DNA of 64,000 bases from Elusimicrobia bacterium HGW-Elusimicrobia-3 (GTDB taxonomy: Bacteria > Elusimicrobiota > Elusimicrobia > Elusimicrobiales > UBA9959): assembly GCA_002840355.1 (NCBI GenBank), contig PHAL01000012.1, forward strand, positions 23,898 through 87,897, given 5' to 3'. Position 1 is the stretch's first letter, and every line of letters begins with the position of its first letter. The translations under genes were made by a program, and so were the position numbers. Of this stretch, positions 1 through 8,455 are shown one piece after another. The notes below the pieces were generated by a model. That model had not been told where the DNA came from. It made no database searches and saw only the letters and a program-made list of their open reading frames with translations.

Positions 1-630
1 ACCGAGCGCCTGCGCACGCGCTCGCTGCAGACCTCCTACATCCGCGACACCATCGACGGGCTGTACCTGACGGCCGTGCGCGGCTCGCGCACCGAGCTCT
101 CCTGGCTCACCGCGGTGGAGCGGCACGGCGGCAACCTCAAGTACGACGTCTTCCTGCTGCAGTACCTGAAATATTTCCCGCTCTCCAAGCGCGCGGCCTT
201 CGTGAACCGCTTCCTGGCGGGCCGCAGCGTGGGCCGCGACCGGCGCTATTTCGGCTTCGGCGGGCTGGGGGGCATACGCGGTTTCTCTTCCACCTCCGAC
301 CGCTACGAGAAGCCCGGCCTGCTCATGAACAACGCCGAGCTGCGGGTGCCGCTGGTCAAGGACATGAACTATTACATGTGGTACATGTTCCCTGATTTCT
401 ACTTTAAAGGCATCTACGCCAAGCTGTTCGCCGACACCGCCTACGGCTGGGACGCGGCCCGGGAGTTCGGCCGCGCCGGCGCCTCCGGGCCGGAGACCTC
501 CGTGGGCGCGGGCGTGAACGTGCACACCTTCGTGCTGCAGGCCTTCCAGCTGGTGCTGAGTTTCGACTACGCCGTGCGCACTTCCGACGGCGGCAAGATC
601 TTCTATTTCTACCTGGGGCCGCTGTTCTAA
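1..630 (+). CDS. Omp85/BamA-TamA family outer-membrane beta-barrel, C-terminal part (5' truncated)
   Basis: Frame open from base 1; GIRGF (VRGY/F-like) motif, NAELRVPL, C-terminal beta-signal YFYLGPLF. Confidence 0.75.
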   Translation, partial: TERLRTRSLQTSYIRDTIDGLYLTAVRGSRTELSWLTAVERHGGNLKYDVFLLQYLKYFPLSKRAAFVNRFLAGRSVGRDRRYFGFGGLGGIRGFSSTSDRYEKPGLLMNNAELRVPLVKDMNYYMWYMFPDFYFKGIYAKLFADTAYGWDAAREFGRAGASGPETSVGAGVNVHTFVLQAFQLVLSFDYAVRTSDGGKIFYFYLGPLF

Positions 631-673
631 GGCGGGCCGGGAGGGAGCTATTTTTATGCTAAAATTCAAGGGT

Positions 674-1699
674 ATGAAGACCACGAAAACAGTAGCCGTG
701 TTAGCCGTTTTTATCCTCGCGCAGGCGCTGACGCTCTGCGCGCAGGCGCCCGCCGCCAAACCCGCTGCCAAGAAGCAGGCGCCCGCCGCGGCCAAGCCCG
801 CGCCTAAAACCGCCGCCCCCGCGGCCCCGCAGGACCCTTTAGAGGCCGCCAAGGTAAAGCTTAAATCCAAGGACGCCTCCGAGCGCCGGCAGGGCGCCGA
901 TATGATAGGCCAGAGCCGCAATCCCAAGGGTGCCCAGGCGCTGATGGGCGCTCTCTCCGACGATTCTCCCCGCGTGCGCCAGGCCGCCGCGGACGCGCTG
1001 GGCCTGCTGTCCTGGCGCGAGGCCTCGCCCAAGCTCAGCGAACTGCTGCTCAAGGACAAGGACGCCTCGGTGCGCCAGCAGGCCGCCATCTCGCTGTCCC
1101 TTATCATGGACCAGGGCGCCGGCCCCTCTCTGGCCAAGGCCCTCGGCGACAGCGAGCCCTCGGTACGCTACGCCGCGCTGCATACCATCTCCGTGCTCAA
1201 GTACGCCCCCGCCGAGGAGCAGGTCCGGGAGCTGCTGGACTCCGGCGACTCCACGCTGCGCCGCAGCGCCATCGCCGCGCTGGGGCAGCTGCAGTCCAAG
1301 AAGTCCGGTCCGGCCATCGTGGCCGCCCTCAAGGACGCCGATCCTCTCGTGACGGCCGAGGCCATAAGGGCCATAGGCGTCATTCCCTACGCCGAGGGGG
1401 CCGCCGAGCTGGTGAAGATCCTCGACGCCGGACGCCAGCCAGCCCTGCGCATGGAGGCCGCCCTGGCCCTCTCCAAGCTGGGCCGCAACGACGGCCTGCT
1501 TACCGCCTATGAGTTCCTTAAATCCCCCGAGCTCAGCATACGCAGCCAGGCCATGACCGTGGTGGGCGACGTCGGCGACGCCCGCAGCCTGCAGCTGATA
1601 GAAGAGATGTATGTAGCTGAGCAGGACCCGGCCAATAAATCCATGCTGGACTTCACCCGCCAGCGCCTGCAGGCCCGCCTGAAGACGGCTACGAAGTAA
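674..1699 (+). CDS. Exported HEAT-repeat protein with Ala/Pro/Lys linker
   Basis: Signal peptide; repeated D-x-x-x-x-VRxxAAxALG units. Confidence 0.85.
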   Translation: MKTTKTVAVLAVFILAQALTLCAQAPAAKPAAKKQAPAAAKPAPKTAAPAAPQDPLEAAKVKLKSKDASERRQGADMIGQSRNPKGAQALMGALSDDSPRVRQAAADALGLLSWREASPKLSELLLKDKDASVRQQAAISLSLIMDQGAGPSLAKALGDSEPSVRYAALHTISVLKYAPAEEQVRELLDSGDSTLRRSAIAALGQLQSKKSGPAIVAALKDADPLVTAEAIRAIGVIPYAEGAAELVKILDAGRQPALRMEAALALSKLGRNDGLLTAYEFLKSPELSIRSQAMTVVGDVGDARSLQLIEEMYVAEQDPANKSMLDFTRQRLQARLKTATK

Positions 1700-1740
1700 T
1701 TTACCTTTCTCCGGCGGGCGCGGGCCCGCCTGGCGGCCGG

Positions 1741-2022
1741 ATGGCAAAGAAAAACTCAACCAAACACCGCGCTGAGTCCCCTGCAAAGTCGCAGGAGGCC
1801 GGCGCGGCGCCTTTTTCGGCTGCCGGTGAGGGGGGGAGGCGCGGCAAGGGCCGCTGGCTGTGGTTCTCGGCCTTCTTTTTGATAATTTCAGGCTACGCCC
1901 TGCTCCATAAGGTGGATCCGGGGGGGAGCAACGCCTGGGCCATAGTTTCGCCAGCCTGCTTGCTGGCCGGCTACCTGCTGATAGTCCCCGCCATACTCTT
2001 TACTTACCGCGATTCCCGCTAA
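1741..2022 (+). CDS. Small two-TM membrane protein
   Basis: 93 aa, two hydrophobic segments, co-directional with upstream genes. Confidence 0.6.
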   Translation: MAKKNSTKHRAESPAKSQEAGAAPFSAAGEGGRRGKGRWLWFSAFFLIISGYALLHKVDPGGSNAWAIVSPACLLAGYLLIVPAILFTYRDSR

Positions 2023-2216
2023 AACCCCCTTTTTAGTGTTTTTTTGCCCTGCCGCCCCTTTCCAGGGGCTATTTTTTTGCTATTTCGACCCCCATTGTGT
2101 TTTTTGACCGATCATTCCGGCTATTGGCCAGGCTTTTTTCCTGTTTTCCCCACCATAGAGCCGGGCCCGGAAAAGCCGGCGCGTTATTCCTGCCTCTTAT
2201 TGTTCTCCTGGATCTC

Positions 2217-2584
2217 CCTCGTGGTATTCTCCGGTTGTCCGTGCCTGGCCTATTGTGGGCATTTTGGGCCCCAAAAAGCTCTTCATGGTATTTTCCAAGT
2301 GTATCGTTTTTGACTGATCCTGTCTGTTTTTCCAGCTTCCTTGCCCCTTCTTCCCTTCATGGTATTTCAAACTTCCTTAAAATCAGCCTGATTTTCGGCT
2401 ATTCGGGGCCTCTGAGGGGGGTGGATCTTCATGGTATTCGGGCCTGGAGGCCATTTTTTCGGTTCTAGGGGGGGTGGCCAGGCTGTTTGCCCTCCCCGGC
2501 CCCTGGCCCGGTCTGGAGGTTTTGTAAAAGTTGGCAACTTTTTGAACTCTTGCGCAGCCGCTTTTTTGAGCTCTTGATGGTGTT
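2217..2584. repeat. Phased 12-bp direct repeats CTTCATGGTATT
   Basis: Exact copies at 2281, 2355, 2427; 2-mismatch copies at 2217 and 2573. Confidence 0.7.
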
Positions 2585-2834
2585 CCCGGCCTGGCCTGAA
2601 TCTTGGCTAATTCCGATCTTCGCGGTTTCGCGTTCTTCAAAACTTGGCAAAATTTTTGAATTTTTAAAATTTGAAAACCGGCCGGCCGCGGTTGCCGGGC
2701 GGGAAAAAGGCTGCTATTAATAAAATACTATAAACGATATTGGAATATTGAAAATAAGCGTTGTAAAATAATCACTATTTGAGAAACACTGATTCCGTGT
2801 GTTGGAATGGAGGCTATTCTTGAGGGGATATACA

Positions 2835-2862
2835 AGTTGACATAATATATCTTATCGTAAGT
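2835..2862 (-). other. dif: dif site (XerC/XerD chromosome dimer resolution)
   Basis: Minus strand ACTTACGATAA-GATATA-TTATGTCAACT, 11-6-11 architecture with near-canonical XerD arm; gene orientation switches here. Confidence 0.88.
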
Positions 2863-3014
2863 TATGGATAAGACCAGGGGGCGGCCTTGTTCTCCTGGTG
2901 TTCTGGGGTTGTTCTGCCGATTTTGGCTGTTCGGCTGCGGTCTTGGCTGGCGGGTTATTGCGGTTGGCCGGGAGCTGTTTGTCGCTGCTTGGGGCTGTTC
3001 TCCTGCTGGCCGGC

Positions 3015-3500
3015 TTATTTCTCTAGTTTTCGGGCTTCCAGCCAGGCCGCTTCCAGGCCCTTGTCGGTTATGTGGTATGCCCTGTTTCGCTTGGTGCCGG
3101 AGGCCTTGATCAGGCCTTCTCTTATGGCTTTTACCAGTATGCGGTCCAGCCTGTCCGGGGCATAGCCGGAGGCTTTTACGGCCTTGGACAGGGTGATGGC
3201 GCCCAGTTCGCGGCTGCCTTTCAGGTTGCTTTCGGCGGCCAGCAGCAGCAGGGCGGCTTCTCCTGATTTGAGGCCTAAATGCTTGTTTTTGAGGGTTAAA
3301 AGGTCATTCCTGGCCTCTGTCAGTGCTCCCCAATCCGGATCTTCCAGGGCTTTCATGGTGTTTTTGGCCGGCTCCTGGGGTGCCCCGGAGCCTTCGATGC
3401 CCTTAAGGAAGCCTTCTTTTTCGGTCAGAATGAACTCGGCCGGGCCCTCGGCTTCGAATTCCGCTCCTGAAGGGTGCTTGATCCTGAGCTTGTAATTCAT
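3015..3500 (-). CDS. Hypothetical protein with probable C-terminal winged helix-turn-helix
   Basis: 161 aa, GAGG RBS, C-terminal YHITDKGLEAA wing motif. Confidence 0.7.
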   Translation of the reverse strand: MNYKLRIKHPSGAEFEAEGPAEFILTEKEGFLKGIEGSGAPQEPAKNTMKALEDPDWGALTEARNDLLTLKNKHLGLKSGEAALLLLAAESNLKGSRELGAITLSKAVKASGYAPDRLDRILVKAIREGLIKASGTKRNRAYHITDKGLEAAWLEARKLEK

Positions 3501-3562
3501 ATATTGCCTCGCGGCGGCTGTTATTTGGCTGTCCTGTGGTCTTGGTTGTTCTATATGTCAAT

Positions 3563-3591
3563 AGTATAGCATATGCACTATCATATGTCAA
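3563..3591 (-). promoter_or_regulatory. Sigma70 promoter TTGACA-N17-TATACT embedded in ATATGTCAA/GCATATG repeats
   Basis: -35 at 3591-3586, -10 at 3568-3563. Confidence 0.7.
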
Positions 3592-4078
3592 TATATGGCT
3601 AGCATATGGCAGTCATATGTCAACAACTGTTGATAACTTGTTAGTAACTCTGGGCCGCTCCGGTACTGCCGGCCGCGGCGGGACAGGCCGGAATACCCCG
3701 CGAACGCTTATAGGGCATTTTTGGGCCGTTTTTCCGGGTTCTCATAGGAGAAAAAGGCCTATTTTGGGGTCGTTTCGGGGCAATTTAGGCTATTTGAGGC
3801 TGCTCCGGTCTGCTTCCGGTCAGGGGCCACCCGGCCGCTATTCCCCGGGCCGCGGATTTACGCTGGGTTCCGGTCGGGCGGTTCGGAATTATGGGGCTGG
3901 CTGCTTCGAAAGGTATTGGCTCCGGCCGGTTTTGGGCTGGGGGAAGGGGGAGGGCCACTATTTCCCCCTTTTCGCTCCTGGCCGTTCCGGGGGCTGCCGG
4001 TCTGCCCCGCCCCCTCCCCCCGCCCGCTTGCTGCCGGCCTTGAGCGCGCGTGGCTCAGGGGGCGTGTCGGGCGGGCGC

Positions 4079-4104
4079 AAAAAAACCGGCCGTGGCCGGT
4101 TCTT
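4079..4104 (-). terminator. Intrinsic terminator
   Basis: AACCGGCC-GT-GGCCGGTT hairpin with minus-strand U tract after the 4139 gene. Confidence 0.55.
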
Positions 4105-4138
4105 TGCGCTAAGAATTAACGAAGCTGTAGCAGGCAGG

Positions 4139-5383
4139 TCAGAATTTAGCTGAGATTGCGCCGTAGATGAGTTTTGCCTGGCTGCCCGAGGGGTACAGGC
4201 CAAGCGGAGTGAAAACGGCGTAGACGGCGTTTAAACGGAGATTGTCCCCCATCGGGTACGAGGCCTTGAGGTCCCATTCGCTGGCTATCTGCAGCGAGCC
4301 GTCGTTGGCGTTCTTGGAGGCGCGGAACTTGTACAGGTCGGCCGAGAGGGTGAGCTTCTTGTACGGCAGGTCGGCGCCGATGTTGATCACGTTCAGGCCG
4401 GACACGCCGTGCGGCAGGCCGTTGAGCGTGTCGGAGGTCTTGATCATGTCGTAGATGGTGGCCCCGGCGATGGCGCCGTAGCCGCGGCGCTCGAGGCCGC
4501 TGTTCTTGCTGCCGAAAGTGGGGAAGAAGGCCTTGTCGGTGTCGGAGGCGCTTCCGGGGTTGCCCGACGAGCGGCCGTAGCCCAGGCGCAGGTGGGACTG
4601 GCCGAAGAAGGGGACGCTCTGCTTCCAGGCGCCCTTGAGCATGAAGGCGTGGGCCTCGTACTTGCCGCTGCCCCCCCCTGCCAGGTCGGCCGAACCGCGC
4701 TGCACCACGGCCTCGCCGTCGAAGGAGAGCTGGCTCTGGCTGAGGAAGTAGCGTACGCCGGTGAACTTCTTGGTCCTGCCCAGCGTATTGAAGATCATGT
4801 CCTGGCCGGCGCCGCTGTCCTTCTGCCAGAAGTGGTAGACCTGCCACAGGCCCTCGGCCGCCGGGTAATACAGCGAGCCGCCCAGCACGCTGTAATAGCG
4901 GTCGGTCTTGAAGGGGCGGAAGGCGAAGAGGTCGGCCTTGACGCGGCGGTACACGTTCTCTATCTCCAGCAGGCCGCCGGGCAGGCCGGTGTCGCCGCCG
5001 GAGAGGGTGATGGCCTGGCCCAGCCGGTAATCCTGCCGGCCGAAGGTGGCGGTCACGCTGGGGCGCATGAAGTTGTAGATCTTCACGTAGGCGTTGCGCA
5101 CGTAAGGGGTGCCGTTGGCGTTGGGCAGGCGGGCGGGCAGCACTATGCCCACGTCCATGCTGGAGCCCTGCGTTTTCTCCAGCTTGATGTCCTTGATGAC
5201 GAAGCCCAGCGTGGCGTTCTCGGAGAAAAGGGACTGGGAGTTGCGCCCGTCGCCGTAGACCAGGTTCTGGTAGTTGGCGGCGCGGATCTCCACGTTGGAG
5301 CTCAGGTCCAGCTTGGTGGCGTGGGCGGCACCGGCTAGCAGCGCGCAGGAGCCTAAGATCGTCAGGAAGGCGGGGCGTTTCAT
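4139..5383 (-). CDS. Alginate-export-like outer-membrane beta-barrel
   Basis: Signal peptide, FGRQ motif, alternating strands, terminal Phe; resembles the neighbouring 5461 gene. Confidence 0.7.
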   Translation of the reverse strand: MKRPAFLTILGSCALLAGAAHATKLDLSSNVEIRAANYQNLVYGDGRNSQSLFSENATLGFVIKDIKLEKTQGSSMDVGIVLPARLPNANGTPYVRNAYVKIYNFMRPSVTATFGRQDYRLGQAITLSGGDTGLPGGLLEIENVYRRVKADLFAFRPFKTDRYYSVLGGSLYYPAAEGLWQVYHFWQKDSGAGQDMIFNTLGRTKKFTGVRYFLSQSQLSFDGEAVVQRGSADLAGGGSGKYEAHAFMLKGAWKQSVPFFGQSHLRLGYGRSSGNPGSASDTDKAFFPTFGSKNSGLERRGYGAIAGATIYDMIKTSDTLNGLPHGVSGLNVINIGADLPYKKLTLSADLYKFRASKNANDGSLQIASEWDLKASYPMGDNLRLNAVYAVFTPLGLYPSGSQAKLIYGAISAKF

Positions 5384-5405
5384 GCGGTTTTAATTATAAC
5401 AAAAT

Positions 5406-5440
5406 AAAAACCCCGGGGCTTTGCGGCCCCGGGGCTTTTT
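5406..5440 (-). terminator. Intrinsic terminator
   Basis: CCCCGGGGC/GCCCCGGGG stem flanked by A/T tracts. Confidence 0.75.
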
Positions 5441-5460
5441 ATCTATTAACCTTTAGGTTA

Positions 5461-6762
5461 TTAGAACTTCACGGAGAACGCCGCACCGAGAATCTCGGTG
5501 GAGTCGTCGCTCGCGGTGAGGGAGTTCCTCTGCGCGTAGTCCTTGTCGGGCATGAACATCGCGTAGTAGGCCTTCAGGCCGACGCTCTCGTTGTGCTGCC
5601 AGTTGGCGCACAGGTCGAACTCGTTGCCGTAGGTGTCGTAGGACTTCGCCGTGCCGGTAAGTTTCTCCGTAGGGGAGAAGTTGAAGTACTTCGCACCAAG
5701 GGTCAGCTTCTCGGCATTGGAGGGATTCCACATCGCACCCAGGTTGAAGGTGGTCAGGTTGGACAGGCCCGCGCCGCCAATGACGCTCAGGTGGCTGCCG
5801 CCCCACAGGATACCAGGGCGGTAATCCGAGTTGGGGCTGTAGAACGAAGCAGCCTCGTCGTCGGTAGCGGCGACGTTGTCATCGCCGGAGCCCATGGCGA
5901 ACTCACCCATGAAGGTGATTTTGCCGGCCAGGTCCATGCCGTACTTGGCATTGGCCAGGAAGGCCATACCAGTATAGTCGTTGGTGGCCGCGCCGCCAAC
6001 GTTGTTGATGAGCCGGTTGTTCTTGCCCATGTTCTTGGCGACTTCGGCATTGTACTCGAAGCCCTTGAACACGCCCATGGCTTTCACGCCGAAGGTGTCC
6101 AGGTGGTCGGCAGGCCCCGCAAAAGCGGTGCCGGACTGCTCGTTGTAGCGATAGAAGTAGCCGGTGAGCTTAACTTCTTCCATCAGGTCATACTTGGCGT
6201 TGAGGCCGAATATGTCCTCGTCGTTGTCGCCCACGAGGTTCGTGTCGGCATCTTTGGCCAGAATGCCGTGGAAGTCCCACTTGCCGGTTTTGTACCAGCC
6301 GGTGTAACCGTCAATCGCATTGCGGTTCATCGCGCTGGTATAGGGCCAGCCCTGGGGACCGTAATAAACAATGAGGTCGCCCTCATTGCCGTAATACTGG
6401 CGGCCCAGTTTGTGGTCGAAGCCCAGCACGCCTTTGAGGTTCAGGTAGGCCTGCTCAAAGAACATGTTGTCCATGATGGTGTTGGCGTCTTCGCCGCGAC
6501 CAGCATCACCGTACTGTTCGTTGTTCTTCACAATGGACACTACGGCGTCAACGTCCTCGGTGAGGTCGAAACCAGCGTTTATCTGGACGCGGGTGTCGAC
6601 ATCGTTGGTCTTGTCGGCGGCATTCTTGTTGTAGTCAGTGTCCTTCACCTGGAAGGCGTTGACTTCTATCTTGCCGTCATACTTGAAGTTCTTGAGCAGT
6701 TCGGCGTTGGCAATGTTGCCAACAAGCGCGATCAGCGCAAGCATACCTATTACTTTTTTCAT
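5461..6762 (-). CDS. Alginate-export-family porin, probably a major outer-membrane protein
   Basis: Signal peptide, FFEQAYLNL and LGRQYYG motifs, terminal VKF, strong GGAGGAG RBS. Confidence 0.8.
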   Translation of the reverse strand: MKKVIGMLALIALVGNIANAELLKNFKYDGKIEVNAFQVKDTDYNKNAADKTNDVDTRVQINAGFDLTEDVDAVVSIVKNNEQYGDAGRGEDANTIMDNMFFEQAYLNLKGVLGFDHKLGRQYYGNEGDLIVYYGPQGWPYTSAMNRNAIDGYTGWYKTGKWDFHGILAKDADTNLVGDNDEDIFGLNAKYDLMEEVKLTGYFYRYNEQSGTAFAGPADHLDTFGVKAMGVFKGFEYNAEVAKNMGKNNRLINNVGGAATNDYTGMAFLANAKYGMDLAGKITFMGEFAMGSGDDNVAATDDEAASFYSPNSDYRPGILWGGSHLSVIGGAGLSNLTTFNLGAMWNPSNAEKLTLGAKYFNFSPTEKLTGTAKSYDTYGNEFDLCANWQHNESVGLKAYYAMFMPDKDYAQRNSLTASDDSTEILGAAFSVKF

Positions 6763-6990
6763 TAATTACTCCTCCTGTTTGTCGTAAGCCCGTTACCGGG
6801 GCTTAGTTACCTGCCCTTGCGGGCGGGTTACTGTACTCTTCCCGCGGGTTGAATCGCGGTTAGGGCCTGCCCCTCGCGGGGCCTACGGCCTTGCAGGAGA
6901 AACGCCTTAAATTGGCGCCCCGCTTCCCCCTTCCCCGGGTTGGCGATTCCCTCTCGAACTGCTATTGAAAGGGCCTCCTAACAGAGCAAT
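6763..6990 (-). ncRNA. Candidate structured 5' leader with three GNRA-tetraloop hairpins
   Basis: GCCCC-GCGA-GGGGC, CGCCC-GCAA-GGGCA, CCCG-GTAA-CGGG; promoter TTGACA(7023-7018)-N18-GATAAT. Confidence 0.45.
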
Positions 6991-7059
6991 GTAATTATCA
7001 CAAAAATCCCAAAAGGCTGTCAACATCTATATTATTATAATAAGGGTAACTTATGTCAC

Positions 7060-7081
7060 ATATGTCAAAATACTGACATAT
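7060..7081. promoter_or_regulatory. Palindromic operator ATATGTCA-N6-TGACATAT
   Basis: Perfect 8-bp inverted repeat upstream of the porin promoter. Confidence 0.55.
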
Positions 7082-7107
7082 AGTAATTAATTCCTATGAG
7101 GGGCAAT

Positions 7108-7135
7108 AAAAAAGCCCGGCAGGTGCCGGGCTTTT
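7108..7135 (-). terminator. Intrinsic terminator
   Basis: AAAGCCCGGCA/TGCCGGGCTTT hairpin. Confidence 0.75.
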
Positions 7136-7149
7136 CTGGCTCGCTTTTT

Positions 7150-7806
7150 TTACTTCTTGGCGGGCGCTATCCGGGCCTTGGCCAGCATGGCCCAGGTGGT
7201 TTCGGGGTAGAGCAGCGAGATCTTCTCGTAGGTGGCGCGGGCCAGTTCGGGCGTGCCGGCCAGCTCCTGCAGGCGGGCCAGCGAGGCGTGGGCCTCGGGG
7301 GCCATGAAGTGGTCGGGGTACTTGGCGATGAAGTCGGAGTACTGCACCTGCGCGCCGGCCAGGTCGCCCGCGGCTTCCTTGCTCTTGCCCACATTGTAGG
7401 CGGCGAAGGGCCCGAGGTCCCGGTTGGTGAGCACCTTGGCGTATTCGGCCTCGGCTTCCTTGAACTTCTCCTGCGCGTAGAGGATGTCGCCCTTGGTCAG
7501 CGTGGCGTAAGGGGCGGCCGTGGTGCTGCCGTAGGACTTCTCTATTGTGTCGAGCTGCTGCTGGGCCTGGGCTATGTTGCCGCCGTAGCCGATCTGCTGG
7601 GCCATGAAGAGGGTCTTCCAGGCGGTGTCGCGCAGGCCGCGGTAATGGGTGAAGAAGTAGACGCCGAAGATGACGGCGGCCACCAGGATCACCAGCGAAC
7701 CGATGAAGGTCTCGCGGTTCTTCTTGATCCAGTGCAGGGCGAGGTCGTAGCGCGAAGGGCCGGTGTGCTCTATTTTGCCGCCGGCTATCCAGGATGTATC
7801 AGGCAT
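7150..7806 (-). CDS. Membrane-anchored TPR protein (YfgM-like)
   Basis: One N-terminal TM after WIKKN, TPR-like helices, KYP/LYPET motifs. Confidence 0.75.
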   Translation of the reverse strand: MPDTSWIAGGKIEHTGPSRYDLALHWIKKNRETFIGSLVILVAAVIFGVYFFTHYRGLRDTAWKTLFMAQQIGYGGNIAQAQQQLDTIEKSYGSTTAAPYATLTKGDILYAQEKFKEAEAEYAKVLTNRDLGPFAAYNVGKSKEAAGDLAGAQVQYSDFIAKYPDHFMAPEAHASLARLQELAGTPELARATYEKISLLYPETTWAMLAKARIAPAKK

Positions 7807-7826
7807 AACTCTCCTTAACTTAAATC

Positions 7827-7898
7827 TGCCCTCTAGAGGAATCGAACCTCTATCTAGAGTTTAGGAAACTCCCGTTCTATCCGTTGAACTAAGAGGGC
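7827..7898 (-). tRNA. tRNA-Arg(CCT)
   Basis: GCCCTCT acceptor, anticodon loop TT-CCT-AA, GGTTCGATTCC T-arm; no encoded CCA. Confidence 0.93.
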
Positions 7899-7904
7899 TG
7901 CAAA

Positions 7905-8444
7905 CTAGTATTTTATCAAAGAATGAATGTCGCGGCCAGCGAGCTTGCTGCGCCCGTTGAGGAATTCCAGCTCTATGAGCATGGCCACGCCGGCGACTTT
8001 GCCGCCGAGCTTTTCCACCAGGTCGCACACCGCGGCCGCGGTGCCGCCGGTGGCCAGCACGTCGTCCACCACCAGTACCTTCTCGCCGGCCTTCACGGCG
8101 TCCTCGTGCATCTCCAGCGTGTCCGTGCCGTACTCCAGCGCGTAGGAGGCCGCCACCGTCTTGTAGGGCAGCTTGCCTTTCTTGCGCACCGGCACAATGC
8201 CCGCGCCCAGCGCCATGGCTATCGGCGCCGCCAGCAGGAAGCCGCGGGCCTCGATGCCCAGCACCTTGGTAACGCCGGCGCCGCGGTAGGCCTCGGCGAA
8301 AGCCTGCACCAGTTCGGTGAAGGCGGCATGGTCGGCCAGCAGCGGGGTGATGTCCTTGAAAACTATCCCCGGCTTGGGGAAATCCGGGACGTCGCGGATT
8401 ATGCTCTTAAGTTTGTTGCTCAGGGCTTCGGCGGTAGCGGACAT
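7905..8444 (-). CDS. apt: Adenine phosphoribosyltransferase
   Basis: PDFPKPGIVFKDITPLL, EARGF, VDDVLATGGT. Confidence 0.96.
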   Translation of the reverse strand: MSATAEALSNKLKSIIRDVPDFPKPGIVFKDITPLLADHAAFTELVQAFAEAYRGAGVTKVLGIEARGFLLAAPIAMALGAGIVPVRKKGKLPYKTVAASYALEYGTDTLEMHEDAVKAGEKVLVVDDVLATGGTAAAVCDLVEKLGGKVAGVAMLIELEFLNGRSKLAGRDIHSLIKY

Positions 8445-8455
8445 AAGTCTCCCAG

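Noticed and set aside
2217-2584. CRISPR array
   Set aside because: The repeat is only 12 bp and non-palindromic with spacers of about 60 bp, and no cas genes are present; kept as a binding-site candidate.
2044-3165. Short ORFs in the dif region (also 3536-4153)
   Set aside because: Overlapping, Phe/Pro/Gly-biased translations of T-tract DNA with no RBS or recognisable domains.
2700-3650. oriC (AT-rich, DnaA-box-like TATGGATAA and TGTTGATAA)
   Set aside because: Only isolated mismatched boxes, no dnaA/dnaN, genes converge rather than diverge, and a dif site is present.
2490-4019. KOPS (GGGNAGGG) polarised towards dif
   Set aside because: Copies near 2490, 3941 and 3947 point away and the one at 4012 points towards dif; no consistent polarity locally.
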